Assembly: GCA_964057225.1 (NCBI GenBank)
Contig: OZ059897.1
Location: 3,720,001 to 3,784,000, forward strand
From: Auanema rhodensis
Lineage: Eukaryota; Animalia; Nematoda
Length of the DNA: 64,000 nt
Direction of reading: 5' to 3'
Made by a program: the position numbers and the translations under genes. The first letter of the stretch is position 1, and the number at the start of each line of letters is the position of its first letter. The notes beneath the pieces are model-generated. The model searched no databases. It was not told where the DNA came from and saw only the letters and a program-made list of their open reading frames with translations. Shown here one piece after another: positions 39,556 through 54,849 of this stretch.

Positions 39556-41899
39556 CACTTATATCCTCGATTTTCACCCTGAAGAAATGATTTTTTCGTT
39601 GAATAACATTGTCCATCGTCTTCGTCTTAAAAAAAGGAATCTAAAAACATCTACTTTTTGTGAAATTATTTAGAAATTTTTCGGGAAAATTTTTGTCAAA
39701 ATGTTTTTGGAAGCAATGTTGAGTGTACATGGGAACTCAACATACACTAATGCATTATTTTTCAAACGATCATAACTAATTTTTGTATAGAGCGTTTCTC
39801 AATGTAGTATAGTGCATTCGATGCGGATTTTTAAGCTGCGTTGATCTGTGTTATCAGATTTGAGTTAACTTAAAAATGCACCGAGATATCAACTGATATA
39901 GGTTCACACATATATCCTCGATTTTCACCCTGAAGAATTAATTTTTTCGTTGAATAACATTGTCCATCGTCTTTGCCTTGAAAAAAGAAATCTAAAAACT
40001 CCTACTTTTTGTGAAATTATTTAGAAATTTTTCGGGAAAATTTTTGTCAAAATGTTTTTGGAAGCAATGTTGAGTGTACAGGGGAACTCAACATACACTA
40101 ATGCATTATTTTTCAAACGATCATAACTAATTTTTGTATAGAGCGTTTCTCAATGTAGTATAGTGCATTCGATGCGGATTTTTAAGCTGCGTTGATCTGT
40201 GTTATCAGATTTGAGTTAACTTAAAAATGCACCGAGATATCAACTGATATAGGTTCACACTTATATCCTCGATTTTCACCCTGAAGAAATGATTTTTTCG
40301 TTGAATAACATTGTCCATCGTCTTCGTCTTAAAAAAAGGAATCTAAAAACATCTACTTTTTGTGAAATTATTTAGAAATTTTTCGGGAAAATTTTTGTCA
40401 AAATGTTTTTGGAAGCAATGTTGAGTGTACATGGGAACTCAACATACACTAATGCATTATTTTTCAAACGATCATAACTAATTTTTGTATAGAGCGTTTC
40501 TCAATGTAGTATAGTGCATTCGATGCGGATTTCTAAGCTGCGTTGATCTGTGTTATCAGATTTGAGTTAGCTTAAAAATGCACCGAGATATCAACTGATA
40601 TATGTTCACACTTATATCCTCGATTTTCACCCTGAAGAATTAATTTTTTCGTTGAATAACATTGTCCATCGTCTTTGCCTTGACAAAAGAAATCTAAAAA
40701 CTCCTACTTTTTGTGAAATTATTTAGAAATTTTTCGGGAAAATTTTTGTCAAAATGTTTTTGGAAGCAATGTTGAGTGTACAGGGGAACTCAACATACAC
40801 TAATGCATTATTTTTCAAACGATCATAACTAATTTTTGTATAGAGCGTTTCTCAATGTAGTATAGTGCATTCGATGCGGATTTTTAAGCTGCGTTGATCT
40901 GTGTTATCAGATTTGAGTTAACTTAAAAATGCACCGAGATATCAACTGATATAGGTTCACACTTATATCCTCGATTTTCACCCTGAAGAAATGATTTTTT
41001 CGTTGAATAACATTGTCCATCGTCTTCGTCTTAAAAAAAGGAATCTAAAAACATCTACTTTTTGTGAAATTATTTAGAAATTTTTCGGGAAAATTTTTGT
41101 CAAAATGTTTTTGGAAGCAATGTTGAGTGTACATGGGAACTCAACATACACTAATGCATTATTTTTCAAACGATCATAACTAATTTTTGTATAGAGCGTT
41201 TCTCAATGTAGTATAGTGCATTCGATGCGGATTTCTAAGCTGCGTTGATCTGTGTTATCAGATTTGAGTTAGCTTAAAAATGCACCGAGATATCAACTGA
41301 TATATGTTCACACTTATATCCTCGATTTTCACCCTGAAGAAATGATTTTTTCGTTGAATAACATTGTCCATCGTCTTCGTCTTAAAAAAAGGAATCTAAA
41401 AACATCTACTTTTTGTGAAATTATTTAGAAATTTTTCGGGAAAATTTTTGTCAAAATGTTTTTGGAAGCAATGTTGAGTGTACATGGAAACTCAACATAC
41501 ACTAATGCATTATTTTTCAAACGATCATAACTAATTTTTGTATGGAGCGTTTCCCAATGTAGTATAGTGCATTCGATGCGGATTTTTAAGCTGCGTTGAT
41601 CTGTGTTATCAGATTTGAGTTAACTTAAAAATGCACCGAGATATCAACTGATATATGTTCACACTTATATCCTCGATTTTCACCCTGAAGAAATGATTTT
41701 TTCGTTGAATAACATTGTCCATCGTCTTCGTCTTAAAAAAAGGAATCTAAAAACATCTACTTTTTGTGAAATTATTTAGAAATTTTTCGGGAAAATTTTT
41801 GTCAAAATGTTTTTGGAAGCAATGTTGAGTGTACATGGGAACTCAACATACACTAATGCATTATTTTTCAAACGATCATAACTAATTTTTGTATGGAGC

Positions 41900-44800
41900 G
41901 TTTCCCAATGTAGTATAGTGCATTCGATGCGGATTTTTAAGGTGCGTTGATCTGTGTTATCAGATTTGAGTTAACTTAAAAATGCACCGAGATATCAACT
42001 GATATAGGTTCACACTTGTATCCTCGATTTTCACCCTGAAGAATTAATTTTTTCGTTGAATAACATTGTCCATCGTCTTTGCCTTGAAAAAAGAAATCTA
42101 AAAACTCCTACTTTTTGTGAAATTATTTGGAAATTTTTCGGGAAAATTTTTGTCACAATGTTTTTGGAAGCAATGTTGAGTGTACATGGGAACTCAACAT
42201 ACACTAATGCATTATTTTTCAAACGATCATAACTAATTTTTGTATAGAGCGTTTCTCAATGTAGTATAGTGCATTCGATGCGGATTTCTAAGCTGCGTTG
42301 ATCTGTGTTATCAGATTTGAGTTAGCTTAAAAATGCACCGAGATATCAACTGATATATGTTCACACTTATATCCTCGATTTTCACCCTGAAGAATTAATT
42401 TTTTCGTTGAATAACATTGTCCATCGTCTTTGCCTTGAAAAAAGAAATCTAAAAACTCCTACTTTTTGTGAAATTATTTAGAAATTTTTCGGGAAAATTT
42501 TTGTCAAAATGTTTTTGGAAGCAATGTTGAGTGTACAGGGGAACTCAACATACACTAATGCATTATTTTTCAAACGATCATAACTAATTTTTGTATAGAG
42601 CGTTTCTCAATGTAGTATAGTGCATTCGATGCGGATTTTTAAGCTGCGTTGATCTGTGTTATCAGATTTGAGTTAACTTAAAAATGCACCGAGATATCAA
42701 CTGATATAGGTTCACACTTATATCCTCGATTTTCACCCTGAAGAAATGATTTTTTCGTTGAATAACATTGTCCATCGTCTTCGTCTTAAAAAAAGGAATC
42801 TAAAAACATCTACTTTTTGTGAAATTATTTAGAAATTTTTCGGGAAAATTTTTGTCAAAATGTTTTTGGAAGCAATGTTGAGTGTACATGGGAACTCAAC
42901 ATACACTAATGCATTATTTTTCAAACGATCATAACTAATTTTTGTATAGAGCGTTTCTCAATGTAGTATAGTGCATTCGATGCGGATTTCTAAGCTGCGT
43001 TGATCTGTGTTATCAGATTTGAGTTAGCTTAAAAATGCACCGAGATATCAACTGATATATGTTCACACTTATATCCTCGATTTTCACCCTGAAGAAATGA
43101 TTTTTTCGTTGAATAACATTGTCCATCGTCTTCGTCTTAAAAAAAGGAATCTAAAAACATCTACTTTTTGTGAAATTATTTAGAAATTTTTCGGGAAAAT
43201 TTTTGTCAAAATGTTTTTGGAAGCAATGTTGAGTGTACATGGAAACTCAACATACACTAATGCATTATTTTTCAAACGATCATAACTAATTTTTGTATGG
43301 AGCGTTTCCTAATGTAGTATAGTGCATTCGATGCGGATTTTTAAGCTGCGTTGATCTGTGTTATCAGATTTGAGTTAACTTAAAAATGCACCGAGATATC
43401 AACTGATATATGTTCACACTTATATCCTCGATTTTCACCCTGAAGAAATGATTTTTTCGTTGAATAACATTGTCCATCGTCTTCGTCTTAAAAAAAGGAA
43501 TCTAAAAACATCTACTTTTTGTGAAATTATTTAGAAATTTTTCGGGAAAATTTTTGTCAAAATGTTTTTGGAAGCAATGTTGAGTGTACATGGGAACTCA
43601 ACATACACTAATGCATTATTTTTCAAACGATCATAACTAATTTTTGTATGGAGCGTTTCCCAATGTAGTATAGTGCATTCGATGCGGATTTTTAAGGTGC
43701 GTTGATCTGTGTTATCAGATTTGAGTTAACTTAAAAATGCACCGAGATATCAACTGATATAGGTTCACACTTGTATCCTCGATTTTCACCCTGAAGAATT
43801 AATTTTTTCGTTGAATAACATTGTCCATCGTCTTTGCCTTGAAAAAAGAAATCTAAAAACTCCTACTTTTTGTGAAATTATTTGGAAATTTTTCGGGAAA
43901 ATTTTTGTCACAATGTTTTTGGAAGCAATGTTGAGTGTACATGGGAACTCAACATACACTAATGCATTATTTTTCAAACGATCATAACTAATTTTTGTAT
44001 AGAGCGTTTCTCATTGTAGTATAGTGCATTCGATGCGGATTTTTAAGCTGCGTTGATCTGTGTTATCAGATTTGAGTTAGCTTAACAATGCACCGAAATA
44101 TCAACTGATATATGTTCACACTTATATCCTCGATTTTCACCCTGAAGAAATGATTTTTTCGTTGAATAACATTGTCCATCATCTTCGTCTTGAAAAAAGG
44201 AATCTAAAAACATCTACTTTTTGTGAAATTATTTAGAAATTTCTCGGGAAAATTTTTGTCAAAATGTTTTTGGAAGCAATGTTGAGTGTACATGGGAACT
44301 CAACATACACTAATGCATTATTTTTCAAACGATCATAACTAATTTTTGTATGGAGCGTTTCTCAATGTAGTATAGTGCATTCGATGCGGATTTTTAAGCT
44401 GCGTTGATCTGTGTTATCAGATTTGCGCTAGCTTAAAAATGCACCGAGTAATCAACTGATATAGGTTCACACTTATATCCTCGATTTTCACCCTGAAGAA
44501 ATGATTTTTTCGTTGAATAACATTGTCCATCGTCTTCGTCTTGAAAAAAGGAATCTAAAAACATCTACTTTTTGTGAAATTATTTAGAAATTTTTCGGGA
44601 AAATTTTTGTCAAAATGTTTTTGGAAGCAATGTTGAGTGTACATGGGAACTCAACATACACTAATGCATTATTTTTCAAACGATCATAACTAATTTTTGT
44701 ATGGAGCGTTTCTCAATGTAGTATAGTGCATTCGATGCGGATTTTTAAGCTGCGTTGATCTGTGTTATCAGATTTGCGCTAGCTTAAAAATGCACCGAGT

Positions 44801-47800
44801 AATCAACTGATATAGGTTCACACTTATATCCTCGATTTTCACCCTGAAGAATTAATTTTTTCGTTGAATAACATTGTCCATCGTCTTTGCCTTGAAAAAA
44901 GAAATCTAAAAAGTCCTACTTTTTGTGAAATTATTTAGAAATTTTTCGGGAAAATTTTTGTCACAATGTTTTTGGAAGCAATGTTGAGTGTACATGGGAA
45001 CTCAACATACACTAATGCATTATTTTTCAAACGATCATAACTAATTTTTGTATAGAGCGTTTCTCAATGTAGTATAGTGCATTCGATGCGGATTTTTAAG
45101 CTGCGTTGATCTGTGTTATCAGATTTGAGTTAACTTAAAAATGCACCGAGATATCAACTGATATATGTTCACACTTATATCCTCGATTTTCACCCTGAAG
45201 AAATGATTTTTTCGTTGAAAAACATTGTCCATCGTATTCGTCTTGAAAAAAGGAATCTAAAAACATCTACTTTTTGTGAAATTATTTAGAATTTTTTCGG
45301 GAAAATTTTTGTCAAAATGTTTTTGGAAGCAATGTTGAGTGTACATGGGAACTCAACATACACTAATGCATTATTTTTCAAACGATCATAACTAATTTTT
45401 GTATGGAGCGTTTCCCAATGTAGTATAGTGCATTCGATGCGGATTTTTAAGGTGCGTTGATCTGTGTTATCAGATTTGAGTTAACTTAAAAATGCACCGA
45501 GATATCAACTGATATAGGTTCACACTTGTATCCTCGATTTTCACCCTGAAGAATTAATTTTTTCGTTGAATAACATTGTCCATCGTCTTTGCCTTGAAAA
45601 AAGAAATCTAAAAACTCCTACTTTTTGTGAAATTATTTGGAAATTTTTCGGGAAAATTTTTGTCACAATGTTTTTGGAAGCAATGTTGAGTGTACATGGG
45701 AACTCAACATACACTAATGCATTATTTTTCAAACGATCATAACTAATTTTTGTATAGAGCGTTTCTCAATGTAGTATAGTGCATTCGATGCGGATTTCTA
45801 AGCTGCGTTGATCTGTGTTATCAGATTTGAGTTAGCTTAAAAATGCACCGAGATATCAACTGATATATGTTCACACTTATATCCTCGATTTTCACCCTGA
45901 AGAATTAATTTTTTCGTTGAATAACATTGTCCATCGTCTTTGCCTTGAAAAAAGAAATCTAAAAACTCCTACTTTTTGTGAAATTATTTAGAAATTTTTC
46001 GGGAAAATTTTTGTCAAAATGTTTTTGGAAGCAATGTTGAGTGTACAGGGGAACTCAACATACACTAATGCATTATTTTTCAAACGATCATAACTAATTT
46101 TTGTATAGAGCGTTTCTCAATGTAGTATAGTGCATTCGATGCGGATTTTTAAGCTGCGTTGATCTGTGTTATCAGATTTGAGTTAACTTAAAAATGCACC
46201 GAGATATCAACTGATATAGGTTCACACTTATATCCTCGATTTTCACCCTGAAGAAATGATTTTTTCGTTGAATAACATTGTCCATCGTCTTCGTCTTAAA
46301 AAAAGGAATCTAAAAACATCTACTTTTTGTGAAATTATTTAGAAATTTTTCGGGAAAATTTTTGTCAAAATGTTTTTGGAAGCAATGTTGAGTGTACATG
46401 GGAACTCAACATACACTAATGCATTATTTTTCAAACGATCATAACTAATTTTTGTATAGAGCGTTTCTCAATGTAGTATAGTGCATTCGATGCGGATTTC
46501 TAAGCTGCGTTGATCTGTGTTATCAGATTTGAGTTAGCTTAAAAATGCACCGAGATATCAACTGATATATGTTCACACTTATATCCTCGATTTTCACCCT
46601 GAAGAAATGATTTTTTCGTTGAATAACATTGTCCATCGTCTTCGTCTTAAAAAAAGGAATCTAAAAACATCTACTTTTTGTGAAATTATTTAGAAATTTT
46701 TCGGGAAAATTTTTGTCAAAATGTTTTTGGAAGCAATGTTGAGTGTACATGGAAACTCAACATACACTAATGCATTATTTTTCAAACGATCATAACTAAT
46801 TTTTGTATGGAGCGTTTGCCAATGTAGTATAGTGCATTCGATGCGGATTTTTAAGCTGCGTTGATCTGTGTTATCAGATTTGAGTTAACTTAAAAATGCA
46901 CCGAGATATCAACTGATATATGTTCACACTTATATCCTCGATTTTCACCCTGAAGAAATGATTTTTTCGTTGAATAACATTGTCCATCGTCTTCGTCTTA
47001 AAAAAAGGAATCTAAAAACATCTACTTTTTGTGAAATTATTTAGAAATTTTTCGGGAAAATTTTTGTCAAAATGTTTTTGGAAGCAATGTTGAGTGTACA
47101 TGGGAACTCAACATACACTAATGCATTATTTTTCAAACGATCATAACTAATTTTTGTATGGAGCGTTTCCCAATGTAGTATAGTGCATTCGATGCGGATT
47201 TTTAAGGTGCGTTGATCTGTGTTATCAGATTTGAGTTAACTTAAAAATGCACCGAGATATCAACTGATATAGGTTCACACTTGTATCCTCGATTTTCACC
47301 CTGAAGAATTAATTTTTTCGTTGAATAACATTGTCCATCGTCTTTGCCTTGAAAAAAGAAATCTAAAAACTCCTACTTTTTGTGAAATTATTTGGAAATT
47401 TTTCGGGAAAATTTTTGTCACAATGTTTTTGGAAGCAATGTTGAGTGTACATGGGAACTCAACATACACTAATGCATTATTTTTCAAACGATCATAACTA
47501 ATTTTTGTATAGAGCGTTTCTCATTGTAGTATAGTGCATTCGATGCGGATTTTTAAGCTGCGTTGATCTGTGTTATCAGATTTGAGTTAGCTTAACAATG
47601 CACCGAAATATCAACTGATATATGTTCACACTTATATCCTCGATTTTCACCCTGAAGAAATGATTTTTTCGTTGAATAACATTGTCCATCATCTTCGTCT
47701 TGAAAAAAGGAATCTAAAAACATCTACTTTTTGTGAAATTATTTAGAAATTTCTCGGGAAAATTTTTGTCAAAATGTTTTTGGAAGCAATGTTGAGTGTA

Positions 47801-50800
47801 CATGGGAACTCAACATACACTAATGCATTATTTTTCAAACGATCATAACTAATTTTTGTATGGAGCGTTTCTCAATGTAGTATAGTGCATTCGATGCTGA
47901 TTTTTAAGCTGCGTTGATCTGTGTTATCAGATTTGCGCTAGCTTAAAAATGCACCGAGTAATCAACTGATATAGGTTCACACTTATATCCTCGATTTTCA
48001 CCCTGAAGAATTAATTTTTTCGTTGAATAACATTGTCCATCGTCTTTGCCTTGAAAAAAGAAATCTAAAAACTCCTACTTTTTGTGAAATTATTTAGAAA
48101 TTTTTCGGGAAAATTTTTGTCAAAATGTTTTTGGAAGCAATGTTGAGTGTACATGGGAACTCAACATACACTAATGCATTATTTTTCAAACGATCATAAC
48201 TAATTTTTGTATGGAGCGTTTCTCAATGTAGTATAGTGCATTCGATGCGGATTTTTAAGCTGCGTTGATCTGTGTTATCAGATTTGCGCTAGCTTAAAAA
48301 TGCACCGAGTAATCAACTGATATAGGTTCACACTTATATCCTCGATTTTCACCCTGAAGAATTAATTTTTTCGTTGAATAACATTGTCCATCGTCTTTGC
48401 CTTGAAAAAAGAAATTTAAAAAGTCCTACTTTTTGTGAAATTATTTAGAAATTTTTCGGGAAAATTTTTGTCACAATGTTTTTGGAAGCAATGTTGAGTG
48501 TACATGGGAACTCAACATACACTAATGCATTATTTTTCAAACGATCATAACTAATTTTTGTATAGAGCGTTTCTCAATGTAGTATAGTGCATTCGATGCG
48601 GATTTTTAAGCTGCGTTGATCTGTGTTATCAGATTTGAGTTAACTTAAAAATGCACCGAGATATCAACTGATATATGTTCACACTTATATCCTCGATTTT
48701 CACCCTGAAGAAATGATTTTTTCGTTGAAAAACATTGTCCATCGTATTCGTCTTGAAAAAAGGAATCTAAAAACATCTACTTTTTGTGAAATTATTTAGA
48801 ATTTTTTCGGGAAAATTTTTGTCAAAATGTTTTTGGAAGCAATGTTGAGTGTACATGGGAACTCAACATACACTAATGCATTATTTTTCAAACGATCATA
48901 ACTAATTTTTGTATAGAGCGTTTCTCATTGTAGTATAGTGCATTCGATGCGGAGTTTCAAGCTGCGTTGATCTGTGTTATCAGATTTGAGTTAACTTAAA
49001 AATGCACCGAGATATCAACTGATATAGGTTCACACTTGTATCCTCGATTTTCACCCTGAAGAAATGATTTTTTCGTTGAAAAACATTGTCCATCGTATTC
49101 GTCTTGAAAAAAGGAATCTAAAAACATCTACTTTTTGTGAAATTATTTAGAATTTTTTCGGGAAAATTTTTGTCAAAATGTTTTTGGAAGCAATGTTGAG
49201 TGTACATGGGAACTCAACATACACTAATGCATTATTTTTCAAACGATCATAACTAATTTTTGTATGGAGCGTTTCCCAATGTAGTATAGTGCATTCGATG
49301 CGGATTTTTAAGGTGCGTTGATCTGTGTTATCAGATTTGAGTTAACTTAAAAATGCACCGAGATATCAACTGATATAGGTTCACACTTGTATCCTCGATT
49401 TTCACCCTGAAGAATTAATTTTTTCGTTGAATAACATTGTCCATCGTCTTTGCCTTGAAAAAAGAAATCTAAAAACTCCTACTTTTTGTGAAATTATTTG
49501 GAAATTTTTCGGGAAAATTTTTGTCACAATGTTTTTGGAAGCAATGTTGAGTGTACATGGGAACTCAACATACACTAATGCATTATTTTTCAAACGATCA
49601 TAACTAATTTTTGTATAAAGCGTTTCTCAATGTAGTATAGTGCATTCGATGCGGATTTCTAAGCTGCGTTGATCTGTGTTATCAGATTTGAGTTAGCTTA
49701 AAAATGCACCGAGATATCAACTGATATATGTTCACACTTATATCCTCGATTTTCACCCTGAAGAATTAATTTTTTCGTTGAATAACATTGTCCATCGTCT
49801 TTGCCTTGAAAAAAGAAATCTAAAAACTCCTACTTTTTGTGAAATTATTTAGAAATTTTTCGGGAAAATTTTTGTCAAAATGTTTTTGGAAGCAATGTTG
49901 AGTGTACAGGGGAACTCAACATACACTAATGCATTATTTTTCAAACGATCATAACTAATTTTTGTATAGAGCGTTTCTCAATGTAGTATAGTGCATTCGA
50001 TGCGGATTTTTAAGCTGCGTTGATCTGTGTTATCAGATTTGAGTTAACTTAAAAATGCACCGAGATATCAACTGATATAGGTTCACACTTATATCCTCGA
50101 TTTTCACCCTGAAGAAATGATTTTTTCGTTGAATAACATTGTCCATCGTCTTCGTCTTAAAAAAAGGAATCTAAAAACATCTACTTTTTGTGAAATTATT
50201 TAGAAATTTTTCGGGAAAATTTTTGTCAAAATGTTTTTGGAAGCAATGTTGAGTGTACATGGGAACTCAACATACACTAATGCATTATTTTTCAAACGAT
50301 CATAACTAATTTTTGTATAGAGCGTTTCTCAATGTAGTATAGTGCATTCGATGCGGATTTCTAAGCTGCGTTGATCTGTGTTATCAGATTTGAGTTAGCT
50401 TAAAAATGCACCGAGATATCAACTGATATATGTTCACACTTATATCCTCGATTTTCACCCTGAAGAAATGATTTTTTCGTTGAATAACATTGTCCATCGT
50501 CTTCGTCTTAAAAAAAGGAATCTAAAAACATCTACTTTTTGTGAAATTATTTAGAAATTTTTCGGGAAAATTTTTGTCAAAATGTTTTTGGAAGCAATGT
50601 TGAGTGTACATGGAAACTCAACATACACTAATGCATTATTTTTCAAACGATCATAACTAATTTTTGTATGGAGCGTTTGCCAATGTAGTATAGTGCATTC
50701 GATGCGGATTTTTAAGCTGCGTTGATCTGTGTTATCAGATTTGAGTTAACTTAAAAATGCACCGAGATATCAACTGATATATGTTCACACTTATATCCTC

Positions 50801-53800
50801 GATTTTCACCCTGAAGAAATGATTTTTTCGTTGAATAACATTGTCCATCGTCTTCGTCTTAAAAAAAGGAATCTAAAAACATCTACTTTTTGTGAAATTA
50901 TTTAGAAATTTTTCGGGAAAATTTTTGTCAAAATGTTTTTGGAAGCAATGTTGAGTGTACATGGGAACTCAACATACACTAATGCATTATTTTTCAAACG
51001 ATCATAACTAATTTTTGTATGGAGCGTTTCCCAATGTAGTATAGTGCATTCGATGCGGATTTTTAAGCTGCGTTGATCTGTGTTATCAGATTTGAGTTAA
51101 CTTAAAAATGCACCGAGATATCAACTGATATATGTTCACACTTATATCCTCGATTTTCACCCTGAAGAATTAATTTTTTCGTTGAATAACATTGTCCATC
51201 GTCTTTGCCTTGAAAAAAGAAATCTAAAAACTCCTACTTTTTGTGAAATTATTTAGAAATTTTTCGGGAAAATTTTTGTCAAAATGTTTTTGGAAGCAAT
51301 GTTGAGTGTACAGGGGAACTCAACATACACTAATGCATTATTTTTCAAACGATCATAACTAATTTTTGTATAGAGCGTTTCTCAATGTAGTATAGTGCAT
51401 TCGATGCGGATTTTTAAGCTGCGTTGATCTGTGTTATCAGATTTGAGTTAACTTAAAAATGCACCGAGATATCAACTGATATAGGTTCACACTTATATCC
51501 TCGATTTTCACCCTGAAGAAATGATTTTTTCGTTGAATAACATTGTCCATCGTCTTCGTCTTAAAAAAAGGAATCTAAAAACATCTACTTTTTGTGAAAT
51601 TATTTAGAAATTTTTCGGGAAAATTTTTGTCAAAATGTTTTTGGAAGCAATGTTGAGTGTACATGGGAACTCAACATACACTAATGCATTATTTTTCAAA
51701 CGATCATAACTAATTTTTGTATAGAGCGTTTCTCAATGTAGTATAGTGCATTCGATGCGGATTTCTAAGCTGCGTTGATCTGTGTTATCAGATTTGAGTT
51801 AGCTTAAAAATGCACCGAGATATCAACTGATATATGTTCACACTTATATCCTCGATTTTCACCCTGAAGAAATGATTTTTTCGTTGAATAACATTGTCCA
51901 TCGTCTTCGTCTTAAAAAAAGGAATCTAAAAACATCTACTTTTTGTGAAATTATTTAGAAATTTTTCGGGAAAATTTTTGTCAAAATGTTTTTGGAAGCA
52001 ATGTTGAGTGTACATGGAAACTCAACATACACTAATGCATTATTTTTCAAACGATCATAACTAATTTTTGTATGGAGCGTTTGCCAATGTAGTATAGTGC
52101 ATTCGATGCGGATTTTTAAGCTGCGTTGATCTGTGTTATCAGATTTGAGTTAACTTAAAAATGCACCGAGATATCAACTGATATATGTTCACACTTATAT
52201 CCTCGATTTTCACCCTGAAGAAATGATTTTTTCGTTGAATAACATTGTCCATCGTCTTCGTCTTAAAAAAAGGAATCTAAAAACATCTACTTTTTGTGAA
52301 ATTATTTAGAAATTTTTCGGGAAAATTTTTGTCAAAATGTTTTTGGAAGCAATGTTGAGTGTACATGGGAACTCAACATACACTAATGCATTATTTTTCA
52401 AACGATCATAACTAATTTTTGTATGGAGCGTTTCCCAATGTAGTATAGTGCATTCGATGCGGATTTTTAAGGTGCGTTGATCTGTGTTATCAGATTTGAG
52501 TTAACTTAAAAATGCACCGAGATATCAACTGATATAGGTTCACACTTGTATCCTCGATTTTCACCCTGAAGAATTAATTTTTTCGTTGAATAACATTGTC
52601 CATCGTCTTTGCCTTGAAAAAAGAAATCTAAAAACTCCTACTTTTTGTGAAATTATTTGGAAATTTTTCGGGAAAATTTTTGTCACAATGTTTTTGGAAG
52701 CAATGTTGAGTGTACATGGGAACTCAACATACACTAATGCATTATTTTTCAAACGATCATAACTAATTTTTGTATAGAGCGTTTCTCATTGTAGTATAGT
52801 GCATTCGATGCGGATTTTTAAGCTGCGTTGATCTGTGTTATCAGATTTGAGTTAGCTTAACAATGCACCGAAATATCAACTGATATATGTTCACACTTAT
52901 ATCCTCGATTTTCACCCTGAAGAAATGATTTTTTCGTTGAATAACATTGTCCATCATCTTCGTCTTGAAAAAAGGAATCTAAAAACATCTACTTTTTGTG
53001 AAATTATTTAGAAATTTCTCGGGAAAATTTTTGTCAAAATGTTTTTGGAAGCAATGTTGAGTGTACATGGGAACTCAACATACACTAATGCATTATTTTT
53101 CAAACGATCATAACTAATTTTTGTATGGAGCGTTTCTCAATGTAGTATAGTGCATTCGATGCGGATTTTTAAGCTGCGTTGATCTGTGTTATCAGATTTG
53201 CGCTAGCTTAAAAATGCACCGAGTAATCAACTGATATAGGTTCACACTTATATCCTCGATTTTCACCCTGAAGAATTAATTTTTTCGTTGAATAACATTG
53301 TCCATCGTCTTTGCCTTGAAAAAAGAAATCTAAAAACTCCTACTTTTTGTGAAATTATTTAGAAATTTTTCGGGAAAATTTTTGTCAAAATGTTTTTGGA
53401 AGCAATGTTGAGTGTACATGGGAACTCAACATACACTAATGCATTATTTTTCAAACGATCATAACTAATTTTTGTATGGAGCGTTTCTCAATGTAGTATA
53501 GTGCATTCGATGCGGATTTTTAAGCTGCGTTGATCTGTGTTATCAGATTTGAGTTAGCTTAAAAATGCACCGAGATATCAACTGATATATGTTCACACTT
53601 ATATCCTCGATTTTCACCCTGAAGAAATGATTTTTTCGTTGAATAACATTGTCCATCGTCTTCGTCTTGAAAAAAGGAATCTAAAAACATCTACTTTTTG
53701 TGAAATTATTTAGAAATTTTTCGGGAAAATTTTTGTCAAAATGTTTTTGGAAGCAATGTTGAGTGTACATGGGAACTCAACATACACTAATGCATTATTT

Positions 53801-54650
53801 TTCAAACGATCATAACTAATTTTTGTATGGAGCGTTTCTCAATGTAGTATAGTGCATTCGATGCGGATTTTTAAGCTGCGTTGATCTGTGTTATCAGATT
53901 TGCGCTAGCTTAAAAATGCACCGAGTAATCAACTGATATAGGTTCACACTTATATCCTCGATTTTCACCCTGAAGAATTAATTTTTTCGTTGAATAACAT
54001 TGTCCATCGTCTTTGCCTTGAAAAAAGAAATTTAAAAAGTCCTACTTTTTGTGAAATTATTTAGAAATTTTTCGGGAAAATTTTTGTCACAATGTTTTTG
54101 GAAGCAATGTTGAGTGTACATGGGAACTCAACATACACTAATGCATTATTTTTCAAACGATCATAACTAATTTTTGTATAGAGCGTTTCTCAATGTAGTA
54201 TAGTGCATTCGATGCGGATTTTTAAGCTGCGTTGATCTGTGTTATCAGATTTGAGTTAACTTAAAAATGCACCGAGATATCAACTGATATATGTTCACAC
54301 TTATATCCTCGATTTTCACCCTGAAGAAATGATTTTTTCGTTGAAAAACATTGTCCATCGTATTCGTCTTGAAAAAAGGAATCTAAAAACATCTACTTTT
54401 TGTGAAATTATTTAGAATTTTTTCGGGAAAATTTTTGTCAAAATGTTTTTGGAAGCAATGTTGAGTGTACATGGGAACTCAACATACACTAATGCATTAT
54501 TTTTCAAACGATCATAACTAATTTTTGTATAGAGCGTTTCTCATTGTAGTATAGTGCATTCGATGCGGAGTTTCAAGCTGCGTTGATCTGTGTTATCAGA
54601 TTTGAGTTAACTTAAAAATGCACCGAGATATCAACTGATATAGGTTCACA
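41900..54650. repeat. 10-monomer HOR (3510 bp; two alternating 5-mers), with an expanded 15/16-monomer third copy
   Basis: AAGGTGCG/TTTGGAAA markers and minus-strand ORFs recur every 1755 bp (42031, 43786, 45541, 47296). CTTAACAATG occurs at 44081, 47591 (+3510) and 52856 (+5265). AAGTCC occurs at 44911, 48421 and 54037 (+5616). Confidence 0.88.
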
Positions 54651-54849
54651 CTTGTATCCTCGATTTTCACCCTGAAGAAATGATTTTTTCGTTAAAAAAC
54701 ATTGTCCATCGTCTTCGTCTTGAAAAAAGGAATCTAAAAACATCTACTTTTTGTGAAATTATTCAGAAATTTTTCGGGAAAATTTTTGTCAAAATGTTTT
54801 TGGAAGCAATGTTGAGTGTACATGGGAACTCAACATACACTAATGCATT

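Noticed and set aside
5108-52752. 75-aa and 63-aa minus-strand ORFs
   Set aside because: They overlap the same monomer region, arise from sporadic stop-loss variants and track HOR periods. They are useful as markers but are not genes.
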